Of a stretch of 64,000 bases of DNA, positions 12,001 to 24,926 are shown piece by piece. This DNA is from Macrostomum hystrix (lineage: Eukaryota; Animalia; Platyhelminthes), in assembly GCA_950097015.1 (NCBI GenBank), contig CATNEN010000039.1, positions 3,038,001 to 3,102,000 on the forward strand, written 5' to 3'. The position numbers and the translations under genes were made by a program. Under the pieces are notes generated by a model, which made no database searches, was not told the origin of the DNA, and was given only the letters and a program-made list of their open reading frames with translations. Position 1 is the stretch's first letter; every line of letters starts with the position of its first letter.

Positions 12001-15000
12001 CGGCGTGCCTGACTGCTACCGTCGAGCTTCGGCGCGTTTCCTGCGCCAGGCTATCGTCCGTCCGGCTGCCGAGGCGGTATCGGCGACCGCAGCTTCGGCG
12101 ACGCGTCTACTAGCCGAGGAATCCTCTCTCTGGCGATTTCTCGGCGGAGACGGCGAGAGCGACGGTAACGATGATGACTTGGACTCGGACGATGCGCTAC
12201 CGGGGCGTCTGCGGTCGGCGACTCAGCGGGCGTTGCAAAATCCGCGGCTGGTGGCGCGGCTGCTGGCATCGAGGTGGTGCGGATTTCGTGGGTAAGACAT
12301 TTTTTACCTATTTGCTTGTTATACATTTCAACTCAAAGCCTGCTCAACTGCAGCCTCCAGAATCCGCTTTTGAGCCTCGGGCTGAGCACAAAGACGCAGG
12401 AGGAGGATGCGGCGGATTTGCAAGACTCGCTGCGATTTCTATTGGACGGCGCTCTGCCGCTGATCAATGTGAGTGGGTCTGAAGGGCAGAGAGCTAAACC
12501 AGCCGGCCAATCAGCAAGCGGGGGGGGTAGGACTGGCATGCACAAAACCTGCGCAGTGCGCACAGCTGATTGGCCAAGAAGAGCTGAGAGAAAGAAGAGT
12601 GATAATGCTTGATAATACTCCAACAAACTGATTCACCTTTCCAGGATCTGTTTCGCGCGATTCCATGCAGGCAACTCAGCAACTACAGCCAAAAAATTCG
12701 CACCATTAACGACTTGGCACCACCGCTAATAGTAAGAATTGTTTTGTCGTTTGCCAGAGCCACATTGTTGATCTACAGCCATCAAGACACAGTCTATACA
12801 AGCTCATGAAGACACGGCTATCCCAGAAACGAGATAAATAAACTCTAAACAAAATAAAAGACCTCAAAACACGATCGAAAACCTCAAAACACGATGGACA
12901 ATTTCAAAACACGATGGACAATCTCAAAACACGATGGACAATTTCAAAACACGATGGACAATCTCAAAACACGATGGACAATCTCAAAACACGATGGACA
13001 ATTTCAAAACACGATGGATAACATTTAAATACGATGGACAATTTCAAAACACGATGGACAATCTCAAAACACGATGGACAATCTCAAAACACGATGGACA
13101 ATTTCAAAACACGATGGACAATCTCAAAACACGATGGATAACATTTAAATACGATGGACAATCTCAAAACACGATGGACAATCTCAAAGCACGATGGACG
13201 AGCCCAAAGGACTATTGAAAGTTAAAAAACATTGTGCACTACTTGTATGCAAATGCGATGTTGACAGCCATTAGAATAAATTCAAACTCAAATTTCCAGG
13301 AATTCGTGGAGGCTTTTCTACCCCTCGCAGAGGACGAGAAGTTAGCCAAGTGTCTGATTAGCTGTGCGACAACAGTTCTACAGGTGTGCAACCTGCCTGA
13401 GAGGGTGAGCAGTATCCCATTCTGTTTGATTTATCATGCGAAAACTGCTCACCAAATCAACAATTTTCCACCTGCAGGCCATCAAGGATCTGCAGGTGAA
13501 GTTCCGACCGCAGCCGTCGGGCAGGTGTGTCACGGATATGAGAAGCGAGGCCAGGCGATCGTTCGATGCCAAATATTCGGATGAGCTGGCCTTGAATGCG
13601 CGTTTGAGCGCCTTCGCCGTCAACTGCCGAGCTGCCTACGGTGGTGCCAACACTGTGCGAGCCCAGATCGGCTTTCCCAGCGACTGCGGTGAGGCTGGTG
13701 CTGGGGCTGGGGCTGGGGCTGGGGCTGGGGGCTGGGGCTGGGGCTGGGGAATCTGGATCTGGAGAGCAGGAGAGGTCGACAGGAGAGACTGCATGAGCAC
13801 AATACTCCGCCCGCGCAGAGTACACTCGACTGGGCAGCATTGAGGAGCTTCCGTTGAGCAAGGAGTTCCAGGATCACGTGGCCTGCTTTGTCGACGCCAG
13901 CCTGGACTTGGCGGACCCGCGCCGTTTCGCCGGAGCGGAGAGGCTGCTGCTGTTGCTGCAGTAAGTGTGCTTGCTATGAAAATACAATGAAAGTATTTGA
14001 GAGCAACACTTGCGCGCACCTCACTGCCACTGCAGAAGCCCTCACCGGCAGACGCGAGGCAGCGAAGCGGCTACAGAGAAGGACCAGGTTGAGCAGCAGC
14101 AGCTAGACACAAACTGCCTGCAGGTGCTGCGGGCGATGCTGCACAATGAGATTGTCAAACTACCGGCGGACAAGAAGAACCCAGCCTACTCCGAGTGAGT
14201 TGGTGTTGAGTTTATCCGAATGACATTGAGCAATTCCCCCACCGGCGACTGCCGACCCACCGCGCCCACAGGCAGCTGCTGGTCGTGTCGCTGACTCAGA
14301 ATGCGCTCACCCGCATCAACCTGGTGCCCCGGGTGCTGCCTCACCTGCTGCACAGCAGCGAGCGGACAGTCAGGGAGGCCATCGTCCTGCTGTCCTGCCT
14401 GCTGTTTAACGGCAACAGTCTGGCGCAGCAGAGCCTCCTCAGCTGCCTGCGCAGGCGGCACGACGCGGCGCTGTTCCTGGAAATCAAGCGCCGCCTGAGT
14501 GTGTCCTCGGCTGCCTTGAAAGAGGAGTGAGTCGAGCGCGTCTATTTTTCTCACAAAAAGTCGAAAAAGTTTCAATCTGCCTACTTACAGTAGAAATACA
14601 ATATTTTGCACTAGATATGCCAAGATTTGCCATCTTCTCATGTGCAGCCGTTCCCTGATTGGCCAGCGCTGGTCTCGCATTGAGGAGGCCCTGGCAGAGT
14701 CGCGCGCCCTTCGTCGCATCGTGCCATCATCGCCGCCGACCGTCGCCTCCAACATGGGAGCCATGCGTCCATCAGAGAGCAGCGCCACCGACACCGTCGG
14801 GTTGCTGATGCTCCTGCTTGGCCGCATCTGCGACGAGCCGGAGCCTGTCTCCTCAGCTGCAGCCTCCATTTCAACAGGCTCGGAACTCGGCGTCCGCCAA
14901 GAGCTTCGAGACCGTCTCCGTGAGCAGCCGGACAGCGCCAAGTCAGTCAACCTGGTGGCCGAGGCCGCCCGCTTCCTGGCTGTGATCGCCGGTCGCCGCG

Positions 15001-18000
15001 GCGCTGGCTGCGTCGACTTGACGGTGCGCACGCTCGATGCACTGCGCCGATTGGTCGACGGCAGCGCAGCCAATCAGGCGGCCGCCTGTAACGAGGGCCG
15101 CCTCTGCAATTGCCTGAACTCGCTGCTGCGCGGCAGACGGCGCGGCCAGGAACTTCGGGTGCTGCGAGGAGCGGCCGGTCTCGTGACTGCGCTGGTGGGC
15201 CCGGAGGCCGCAGTGGCGCCAGCACTAGATCCCGGCTGCTTGAGCGACGCCTTCGTGGAGTGCCATCTGCGACGGAAGGAGGAGGTACGTTCTCCCAGCA
15301 TAACTGGGATTCTTCTGAATCCAATGGGAATGTCTTGATTTCCCTGCTCGTCTTATCCTACAGTCTCCAGCAAGAATGGCATTATCCCACATTCTCCAGC
15401 AAGAATGGCATTATCCCACATTCTCCAGCAAGAATGGCATTATCCCACATTCTCCAGCAAGAATGGGATTATCCCACATTCTCCAGCAAGAATGGCATTA
15501 TCCCACATTCTCCAGCAAGAATGGCATTATCCCACATTCTCCAGCAAGAATGGCATTATCCCACATTCTCCAGCAAGAATGGCATTATCCCACATTCTCC
15601 AGCAAGAATGGGATTATAATCCCATTCTCCAGCAAGAATGGGATCATCCTACAGTCACCAGCAAGAATTGGATCATCCTACATTCTCCAGCAAGAATGGG
15701 ATCATCCTACAGTCACCAGCAAGAATTGGATCATCCTACATTCTCCAGCAAGAATGGGATTATCCAACAGTCTCCCAGCGAGAATGGGATTATCCTAAAT
15801 TCTCCCACCTCTACTCTCCCTTTGTCTCTCAAACCTCTCAGCCAGAGGCCGAGTCAATCGGCTTCGAGTTCTACCACGCCCACCTGCGCCTCCGCGAACT
15901 GTCTGGCGGCAATTTCACTGCCGGTCGTCGCTTAGCAACGGCTTCGGCTGCCGAGCTGCGCGATGCGCGAACATTCTACCAGGCCGGCAGCCTCTCCGTG
16001 GAGCTGTTGATGTACGGTCGGCTGCACCGGATGTATTTCCCCGTGGCTGACAGGCGCCGAGCGCTACGGCAGGAGATTCACAACCGGTTCAAGTACGAGG
16101 TGGACAGGTGAGAATTTGGGGAAATTCAAGATTGATTGATTGATAGGAGTAACAGCCGCAGCTATTGCTCGGCACATCCGAGGACTGTACAGACTGAACC
16201 CCTATAAGCGAAATCCCCAAACACGGCATCTGACCCGCCAGCCGTACTGCTTTCGCTTCCCTGATATTAGAAAAATAAGTTTTTTTTCGTTTCTATCTTT
16301 CTATTATTTTAAGTTTTACGCCTCATTTGAATACTCTAATTGAAGTAGCATAACTGCTAATGAATTTCACTGATCGCTAGACTATTGTTGTCAAGGCCAG
16401 TCCTGTCACCATTTTGCGCAGATCCACGCCTAAGTCGAAGCTTCGCGACTTCGCAGTCTGGCTGAAGGTCATGGCCAGCGACATCGCCTGGCAGCGCCGA
16501 GTCTGCTCGCACCGGCTCGGCAGGCTGTTTGTGCGGGGCTTCAAGGCCTTCAACAGCTCGTGCATCTTTCTCAGCATGCTCATCTGCATCCTGATCCTGG
16601 TGACCTGGACTGAGCCGGACAGTCAGTCGGACAGGGTGCCCAGGCGTCCCTACGGAGCCATCGTGGTCACCTGGATTCTAGGCGCGGCGCACAACATACT
16701 CAGCGCATTCGTCCTGATTGGCTACCTACTGTGCAATCAGCCGCGACTGCCCACCACGAGACAGCTGCTGCATTTCTGGGCGTAGGTGTCTCGTGCTAAG
16801 TGTTTGGCCGATTTTTTTACAGCTAAAAGACACAAATATTGTCTATTGAATAAACTGCTTAAACTTCCTTCAGCTCCACCATCGGACTCCGAGCATCGGA
16901 CGGCGACGGCAAGCGGCTAGCCAGCGGCAAGCTGCAGGCGTCGGTCTTCAGCTTCGACACCTTCTACTACCTCGCCTTCTTCCAGCTGTCAATTCTGGGC
17001 TCGGCATTCTACGGATATTTCTTTGCTGTGCACCTTTTAGACATTGCGAGGCACAACCAGCTTTTGACTAGGGTCATGAGGGCTGTCACTAAGAATGGTG
17101 AGTCGTCAGTGATTGGTGGTTGCCACTTCCAAAAAAGACCTCAGGATTTAATAAACTGTGACCTATAAGGTCCCCTGCCTCCCTGCCTGTGATTGGCTGT
17201 GCCATGGTCGTGCGAAAGGCTCACACCTGACCCCCTCCTCCCGCCTTTTCTCTGCCCCACGCTCTGCCAACCGCTGTTTGAACGGATGATCGTGACTGGC
17301 TTGTTGCCTCCACCGCTCTCTCTGTGTGCCCAATCTCTCGACTTGATCAGCATATAGGTAGATGATGCCTTCACAACAGTCTTGGTGCTGCAATCTATTT
17401 GAGCCTGCACTGACCGCACCGAAACCACCTGCAGGCTTGTCGCTGCTATGCGTGCTGGTCTACTCGATCGCCTTCTTTTACATCTACGCTCTGCTGTGTT
17501 TCGCCTTCTACCGAGACACATTCAACCCGAAGGCCGGTAATTTCTGTGCTACAATGTACCAGTGCACCGTGACCGTCATCCGCCGCGGACTCATTGGCGG
17601 CATCTACAATGTGAGCTCATGACAATTGGAAATCCAGTAGAGTATCATTTCCAACGTCACGAGCATCATGAAAATACTTTAAACTTAATCAACTAAAGTC
17701 CTTTTAGAGTAAAGAAACGACCATCGTTAGTTTGAAAAACTTAATCGTTAATCGTTAAATATTCGTGCTCTTATGACCACTAGTGCACTAGGAATACTAG
17801 TAGGGGATGAGTGGCAGAGCGGTTAACGCATTTGCCTCTCGCACCAAGGTCCCTCGGTTCCGCGGGAGGCCACATTCATTTGGGGTGCAGCAGTGGAGAG
17901 AAGGCTTACAAGCTTTTCGTGCAATTTACGCCATATAGGACCAACCGCCAAGGCACAGTGAAAGTGTACGCTACCTGACGATGAGAAAGTCAGGGCAGGT

Positions 18001-20268
18001 GTATACACCTGTGAGTGTGCCTGCTTACGGTATCTGTGTGCTCAGGAGTCAGCGAAATGGGCAGAATTGCCTCCTCGCTGGCTGTCACAACTTTTAAGAA
18101 TAAAACTGTATCCTGCCAAACTGCAGTACCTCACGGTACCAGACGGCCGCCCGTTTGCGTACCACGCGGTCAAGACAATATTCGACGTGTCCTTCTTCAT
18201 CATCATCACCACGATTGGCCTGAACATCATTTTCGGCATCATTGTGGACACATTCAGCGAATTGAGGGATGCCAAGTGGCAGGCAGACCAGGACATGCGC
18301 TCGGTGTGCTTCATCTGCTCAAGGGGCTCGCATGACTTTGCTCATTGCAAGGGGGTCAGTCAGCTATTTTTATCTACTCGAATACCATGCAATTCGAAAC
18401 GCTTAAACAATGCTCTTCGTTCCCTTTAACAGGGCTTCGAAAGACACGTCAAATGGGAGCACAATCTATGGTCCTACCTGTTCTATGTGGTTTATCTTGA
18501 GGATAAACCGAAAAGTGATTTCACGTCCATTGAGAGATTCGTCTGGAAGCTGGTAAGTGCATTAGCTTGGTCTTTATTGGCCAGTTCGATATAACAAGAT
18601 TATCACTAACTCCTAGCCATGCCAATTCCTGGAATTTCCAGTATCAGAAGCAGCGCATCGACTACTTTCCGTTGTACACTTCGCTGAGTGTGCGGCAGGT
18701 GGAGGAGGACGAGCAGATGTCCGCCCTGGTCACCTACGTGTCCTACCTGGTTGGAAAGCGGAAAGAACAGGTAAATTTGAAGGGACGAAATGGTGGGGTG
18801 ATTCTCGCACCCGTTTTAAGTAAAAATTTGTCCTACTCAGAACTACGAGCTAAGCTTTTACACTTTGAGACAGGAGAGAGATGAGACAGGAGAGAGATGA
18901 GACAGGAGAGAGATGAGACAGGAGAGAGATGAGACAGGAGATGAGACAGGAGAGGGATGAGACAGGAGAGAGATGAGACAGGAGAGAGATGCGACAGGAG
19001 AGAGATGCGACAGGAGAGGGATGAGACAGGAGAGGGATGAGACAGGAGAGGGATGAGACAGGAGAGGGATGAGACGGGAGAGGGATGAGACAGGAGAGGG
19101 ATGAGACAGGAGAGGGATGAGACGGGAGAGGGATGAGACAGGAGAGAGATGCGACAGGAGAGAGATGAGACAGGAGAGAGATGAGACAGGAGAGAGATGA
19201 GACAGGAGAGAGATGAGACAGGAGAGAGATGAGACAGGAGAGAGATGAGACAGGAGATGAGACAGGAGAGGGATGAGACAGGAGAGAGATGAGACAGGAG
19301 AGAGATGCGACAGGAGAGAGATGCGACAGGAGAGGGATGAGACAGGAGAGGGATGAGACAGGAGAGGGATGAGACAGGAGAGGGATGAGACGGGAGAGGG
19401 ATGAGACAGGAGAGGGATGAGACAGGAGAGGGATGAGACGGGAGAGGGATGAGACAGGAGAGAGATGCGACAGGAGAGAGATGAGACAGGAGAGGGATGA
19501 GACGGGAGAGGGATGAGACAGGAGAGAGATGCGACAGGAGAGAGATGAGACAGGAGATGAGACAGGAGAGGGATGAGACAGGAGAGGGATGAGACAGGAG
19601 AGGGATGAGACAGGAGAGAGACGAGACAGGAGAGGGATGAGACAGGAGAGGGATGAGACAGGAGAGAGATGAGACAGGAGAGGGATGAGACGGGAGAGGG
19701 ATGAGACAGGAGAGAGATGCGACAGGAGAGAGATGAGACAGGAGATGAGACAGGAGAGGGATGAGACAGGGAGAGGGATGAGACAGGAGAGGGATGAGAT
19801 AGGAGAGGGATGAGACAGGAGAGAGATGAGACAGGAGAGAGATGAGACAGGAGAGGGATGAGACAGGAGAGAGATGAGACAGGAGAGAGATGAGACAGGA
19901 GAGGGATGAGACAGGAGAGGGATGAGACAGGAGAGGGATGAGACAGGAGAGGGATGAGACAGGAGAGAGATGAGACAGGTTTGAGATACGACAGGTGGAG
20001 ATCAGACAAGGGGAGAGATGAGATAAGAGAGAGATGAGACAATGTCATTTTTTAATAATCAGTTTAAAAGGTTCTCACAAGTTTTTGATCAGCAGTGATT
20101 TGTTTGCTTATTTGCCCGCCGCAGGACATTGCCAGGCAGAGAGACTTGGAGACACAGAAGCAGCTGCAATGGGAAGCTCGCTATGCGCAGTCCCGGCGCT
20201 CAACTGCAGCGCTGAGACGGGCGCGGACGGTTCGCGCCAGGCAGCTGGCCACGGACATTGAGGACTGA
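6..20268 (+). CDS. ITPR: Divergent inositol 1,4,5-trisphosphate receptor-like Ca2+ release channel, 5' end outside window, about 30 exons
   Basis: Phase-consistent exons: 6-65, 190-321, 811-999, 1190-1312, 4411-4644, (4738-4857), 5705-5776, 5853-6092, 6590-6839, 8354-8453, 8844-9029, 9195-9288, 9729-9973, 10368-10500, 10928-11233, 11723-12291, 12339-12468, 13300-13383, 13478-13688, 13819-13960, 14036-14194, 14272-14526, 14648-15284, 15842-16107, 16422-16781, 16874-17097, 17435-17610, 18127-18354, 18433-18552, 18642-18770, 20125-20268 (TGA). IP3R-like motifs: [13 protein letters not shown]...[30 protein letters not shown]6 gate [16 protein letters not shown], zinc finger CFIC...H...EHNLWSYL. 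Confidence 0.9.
350..797. repeat. 20-bp minisatellite
   Basis: ACCTGTTACACTGGGAATTC and ...GAGAATCT units. Confidence 0.95.
1508..1858 (+). repeat. 5' LTR
   Basis: Direct repeat of 3423-3773 with TG...CA termini; contains an inverted CCAAT box (CTGATTGG) and a TATA-like TTAAATATA. Confidence 0.95.
1859..1876 (+). promoter_or_regulatory. Primer binding site complementary to the tRNA-Lys(UUU) 3' end
   Basis: TGGCGCCCGAACGGGGAC differs by one base from the canonical tRNA-Lys3 PBS TGGCGCCCGAACAGGGAC. Confidence 0.85.
1998..2790 (+). repeat. 98-bp tandem repeat (about 8 units) inside the LTR element, each unit with an inverted repeat
   Basis: ATGTGGCGACC recurs at 2035, 2133, 2231, 2329, with variants afterwards; TGTGGCGA...TCGCCACA arms in each unit. 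Confidence 0.9.
3423..3773 (+). repeat. 3' LTR
   Basis: Direct repeat of 1508-1858, preceded by the PPT at 3416-3422. Confidence 0.95.
3774..4406. repeat. 23-bp minisatellite; left part at 1330-1507, split by the LTR element
   Basis: GCATTCACCAATTCCTCATTCAA grading into GCATTCACCAATCACAGCTCCAA. Confidence 0.92.
4932..5615. repeat. 33-bp minisatellite
   Basis: CTGAACTAGACCTGACACCCAAGTGGTTCTCTC units. Confidence 0.95.
6093..6514. repeat. 43-bp minisatellite starting at a splice donor
   Basis: GTGAGGCCTGGGGTAGCTTGGTGAGAGCTTTGACACCTCCGGA units. Confidence 0.93.
6865..8280. repeat. 15-bp minisatellite
   Basis: ACACCAACCTCAAAG units with variants. Confidence 0.93.
8499..8813 (+). mobile_element. 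tRNA-derived SINE family A, diverged copy
   Basis: GCTCGATTCC B-box-like motif and shared body (CCAAGGCACAGTG, GGGCAGATGTACAC, GTGCTCAGG, GGCAGAATTG, CACCAAATG). Confidence 0.75.
9436..9640. repeat. 22-bp minisatellite
   Basis: AATGTCCACCAGCTAAATTCAC units. Confidence 0.92.
10544..10900. repeat. 20-bp minisatellite
   Basis: AGGTGATGTACCTGTCTAAC units. Confidence 0.93.
11338..11660. repeat. 36-bp minisatellite
   Basis: GATTCGATGACTCATGATGAGTGGAGTGAGGTGGGT units. Confidence 0.93.
12862..13200. repeat. 20-bp minisatellite
   Basis: CAATCTCAAAACACGATGGA units. Confidence 0.93.
15364..15800. repeat. 29-bp minisatellite
   Basis: TTCTCCAGCAAGAATGGCATTATCCCACA units. Confidence 0.93.
17803..18087 (+). 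mobile_element. tRNA-derived SINE family A
   Basis: GGGGATGAGTGGCAGAGCGGTTAACGC head (A box) plus the same body as the other copies. Confidence 0.85.
18866..20040. repeat. 16-bp GA-rich minisatellite
   Basis: GAGACAGGAGAG(A/G)GAT units. Confidence 0.95.
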
Positions 20269-20629
20269 GTCTTTAACCGAACTCACTAGAACTCACACAG
20301 AACTCACACAGAACTCACACAGAACTCACACAGAACTCACGAAGTAGTCAATCAAGCGGAATTTTTGAAAGCCGAAATTTTTTTTTTATGGTAGTCTAGT
20401 CTTCTTTCTAGCATAATCTCTCACTGTCGAATTAAATTATCGATTTTATTTATTTTATTGAAGCGCAGTTTATCACCGCGTAATCGTTAAATTAATTGCA
20501 TTGTTAATTATGTTTTTTATTTTTATACTGAGAAAATCTAGGCTATATACATGATTAATTGGGTCGGCTGCAACTAACAAGCACATGCATACCTACTCTG
20601 CCGTATCATACATTTCCGGTCTCATCTTC

Positions 20630-21737
20630 ACCTGTCTCATCTGTCCCGTGTCTCATGTCTCATCACTCTTCCGTCTCATCTCTCCCGTGTCTCATGTCTC
20701 TCCTGTCTTATCTCTCCCGTGTCTCATGTCTCTGCTGTATCATCTCTCCCGTGTCTCATGTCTCTCCTGTCTCATCTCTCCCGTGTCTCATGTCTCTTCT
20801 GTCTCATCTCTCCCGTGTCTCATCTCTCCCGTGTCTCATGTCTCTCCTGTCTCATCTCTCCCGTGTCTCATGTCTCTCCTGTCTCATCTCTCCCGTGTCT
20901 CATGTCTCTCCTGTCTCATCTCTCCCGTGTCTCATCTCTCCCGTGTCTCATGTCTCTCCTGTCTCATCTCTCCCGTGTCTCATGTCTCTCCTGTCTCATC
21001 TCTCCCGTGTCTCATGTCTCTGCTGTCTCATCTCTCCCGTGTCTCATGTCTCTCCTGTCTCATCTCTCCCGTGTCTCATGTCTCTCCTGTCTCATCTCTC
21101 CCTTGTGTCTCATCTCTCCCGTGTCTCATGTCTCTGCTGTCTCATCTCTCCCGTGTCTCATGTCTCTACTGTCTCATCTCTCCCGTGTCTCATGTCTCTC
21201 CTGTCTCATCTCTCCCGTGTCTCATGTCTCTCCTGTCTCATCTCTCCCGTGTCTCATGTCTCTCCTGTCTCATCTCTCCCGTGTCTCATGTCTCTGCTGT
21301 CTCATCTCTCCCGTGTCTCATGTCTCTCGTGTCTCATGTCTCTCCTGTCTCATCTCTCCCGTGTCTCATGTCTCTCCTGTCTCATCTCTCCCGTGTCTCA
21401 TGTCTCTGCTGTCTCATCTCTCCCGTGTCTCATGTCTCTACTGTCTCATCTCTCCCGTGTCTCATGTCTCTCCTGTCTCATCTCTCCCGTGTCTCATGTC
21501 TCTCCTGTCTCATCTCTCCCGTGTCTCATGTCTCTACTGTCTCATCTCTCCCGTGTCTCATGTCTCTCCTGTCTCATCTCTCCCGTGTCTCATGTCTCTC
21601 GTGTCTCATGTCTCTCCTGTCTCATCTCTCCCGTGTCTCATGTCTCTCCTGTCTCATCTCTCCCGTGTCTCATGTCTCTCCTGTCTCATCACTCTCTTTA
21701 CTCATCTCCACCTGTCTTATCTCTAACCTGTCTCATC
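20630..21737. repeat. CT-rich minisatellite, 32-bp dimer of 16-bp units
   Basis: TGTCTCATCTCTCCCG + TGTCTCATGTCTCTCC; reverse-complement relative of 18866-20040. Confidence 0.95.
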
Positions 21738-21754
21738 CAATTTCATCTCGCATA

Positions 21755-21845
21755 GAAGACTTGAGGGCTTGTTGTGCAATTTACGCCCATGAGGGCCAAC
21801 CCCCGGCCAAGGCACAGTAAGGCAGTTTGTACACTGCGAGACAAT
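21755..21845 (+). mobile_element. SINE family A internal fragment
   Basis: GTGCAATTTACGCCCATGAGGGCCAACC...CCAAGGCACAGT matches the body of family A. Confidence 0.6.
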
Positions 21846-22578
21846 GATCTGTACGCAAAAACGTTTCTTAGAAAACCAACAATTTTGCAAACGCTTGTTA
21901 TAAAGACTGTTATAAAGACTGTTATAAAGACTGTCATAAAAGAAAGCTGATATTTCCAAATTATTAAGGAATGCCGTTGAAATTAACTGGAATGCTAAGT
22001 AACTATTTTTGTAGATTCAGTTGAAATAAAGTAACAGATGTTATAATAGGAATGGTTTGCTAGAAGAGACACAAAAAGCAGTATAGACAATGAATGATTA
22101 CAAGCATATTCATAGTTCTACCACAATTCTGGTTTGTGAGGAACGCAAAACCTATAATGTACAGAGTTCATTTTTCAACTTTCGATTTTTCTCAGGTCAC
22201 AAGTTGATTGAAAGGAAGTTGAGAAATGACTTTGAAAATATCCCATATATTCCCATTGCGATACGAAAGGAAATAATTAAAAAACTAGCATAACTTCCTG
22301 TCTACTTTGTTTAAAAAACTGTAAATTTAAGCTAAAATAGGACCCACTGAGACTTATGGGCCGCTTAAGACATCAACAAGCTTAAAAATGACAAAAACTT
22401 GCTGAATTTTAGAAAATTTAAAAAACTTTGCGTTAAAACAGTAAAACAGTTAGCTTAGTAAAACAAAGCTATTTACATAGGTACTTTATCTCAGCCTTTT
22501 TAACGACATACGAGCACTCCGAGAATAGAACAGTTTAAAAAAACTGTACAGCGAAGCTACAGAGGCCAGCCAGGCCTT

Positions 22579-24926
22579 TCAAAATGCCGGTCGCTCCATC
22601 TGCTTGCCCAGGTAGTCCATCTCGGTGTTCTCCTCGCCAGCAGCCCGATAATCTGTCAGCTCCTTCGTGTACTTCAGCTTCGTGAAGTTCGCCGAGAGGG
22701 CGCCAATAAAACACATCTGCGAGAGTGGGGTATGATGCTCGGATTGAGCAGCTACTCACCAAATCCCGATTTATAAGCAACTCAGATGACTAACTCACCA
22801 GGCCAAAAACGACAAATACAGAGCCGCCCCAAGCGAAGGCGTACAATGGACCGATGGTTCCAATCTAAATATAAACGGATTTTTGTTGAAGCACAATAAA
22901 AATTAAATTTCATAACTCACTACTCATAGTAGCAAAAATGCATACACGCACACACAAAGAGCAAGAAAATCTTACCTTCGAGCAGAAATTCTGAAACGCA
23001 GTCGCTGTAGTGATGGTTTCGTTGTACTTCAGCTCTGGCCTGAATAGGTACAGCTTCCTGTACAGGCCTGTAAAATTATATTCCCAAATTGGACTCAACA
23101 AATGTCACGAGAAACGAACAAAAGGCTTAAACTTTGAACGTTATTTTGGTGCCCCACTGGCATCTTTGAATTGGAAGTTAATCGTAACTTTTAGTTAGCC
23201 CTCTACAATTCGGACCATTCTGATTGGTTGTTACCCCACTGCGTCTTCTAATTGTTAATTGGCCACTACCCTCTTGCGCATTCTGATTGGTTGATGCCCC
23301 TCAGCATCTTCTGATTGTTGATTGACCACTACCCTCCTGTGCATTCTAATTGGTTGTTGCCTAATTGTCCGTTTGGTGTATTCTGATTGGTTCTTGCCCC
23401 ACTGCGTTTTCAAACTCGCTCGTTAATAGTGCCTAGCTACGTTTCAATTTTCCTCGTTCGATTAATGAATAATTATTGGCTATTGAATATAAAAAGTCTG
23501 CTTAACAGTTTCAAATGGCTTACCATAGTGTGTGAGATTGAACTTAAAATAGGTAAAGAACTTTGTGTTGGTCTTCTCTCCGTCTATATCAATCCAATAA
23601 GTCCACTCCTCGTAGCAGACCTTGTCCATCATGATGTAGCCGACGATCGGGATCATCAGGAAGCAGGCGATGCAGACCCACATCAGGCCGATGATGTAGG
23701 AGAAGGCCATGAAAAGGCCCGCCGAGAAGCGACCGCCCAGAATGCAGCGATCGCCTCGATAGATTTTGTTGCGCGTGGCCCCGGTGGCCAGAATGCCGAA
23801 GGTCAGCAGAATGACGGCCAGAACGACAGTCACAGGAGAGACAACCACACTGGCGATCTGGACATATAGGAGCCTGCCAAATTGAAGTAAATTGTGCCAA
23901 CTACTCATACACACTGACTCAGTGTGACAACCTTTAGCCCATACTAGAGCCAGTAGACTAGTCTTTGCTAACATTTGCTAACATAGCATTGCTAACAATA
24001 GAATCATAGAGTAAATAGCTGCTAATCACATAATACTATTATAAAACACTACTGGCCAGGGCGCCAAGTGTGAGAAATATAAAAAACTAATGTAAAAGTA
24101 AAAAAGCTGACTACTTACTCTTCAATTGGGTAAAATGTGCTGCGAAAGTAGACATCAGTCTGCCGGACAGCTTCATATAGGGTGCCAGTCATAACACAGC
24201 CTCCAATGAGAACCAGCACAAAAGAAATTACTGAAGCATAGGGAATGTTGGCCAAACAATCACCTAAAAAATAATAAGAGCAGATAGCCTGTATCAAAAC
24301 TATAATTGTAAACTAATGATGCACAAAGTAAAATCATACCCCTTTGTCAATAAACATCAGGACAATTGAGAATCAAAACAAAAAAATAAAACAGGACTTA
24401 GAAAAAATAAATATATTATCATACAAAGAAAATGATTCATTCTTTTTCATTAACAAAAGCTGAAATATTTTTTGTTACATTTTTATATGTTGATTTGATA
24501 CATAAGCCAAAAACATTAGAAAACTAACTTTGACAAAGATGTAATTAGAGGTCAACTGTTCTTTATTGATACTATTGGTCATATTATTTTTTATTTAAAA
24601 GTAATTACGTCTAAAAACTTTTAAATGCAAAAAAGATTAGCCTTTCAAAAAATGTAGGTGTCTGAAAATAAGAAAACTATACAATAAAAAATAAAAAACC
24701 ACCACACCTAAAAGCAAATTTAGCAAATCAATTTAAACAGAGTTGTATCGCTAATCTAACTCGACTATTTTTGAAGCTACTCTACTTTTCAATGTTTTAA
24801 GCTACTAACACTGTAAGGCTAGCTATGTTACGATGATAAAGACTGTCGATTTTCAAAGTCTAGTAGTAGCAACAAGGACAACACATTTTACTATTCCACA
24901 GTTTAAATTATTGCATACTTACCCAT
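22579..24926 (-). CDS. Myelin proteolipid / neuronal membrane glycoprotein M6 family protein
   Basis: Exons 24926-24923 (ATGG), 24263-24119, 23873-23524, 23067-22976, 22864-22799, 22716-22579. Protein MGDCLANIPYASVISFVLVLIG...ILATGATRNKIY...CILGGRFSAGLFM...CFIGALSANFTKLK, four hydrophobic segments typical of PLP/M6. Confidence 0.85.

Noticed and set aside
13700-13749. GAGAGA/GWGWG coding insert from (GGGGCT)n
   Set aside because: It lies inside intron 13689-13818; a simple G-rich microsatellite.
17965-18008. Hammerhead core words CTGACGA-TGA-GAAA-GTC in SINE A
   Set aside because: No room for stems II or III; CTGAC simply pairs with GTCAG in a hairpin.
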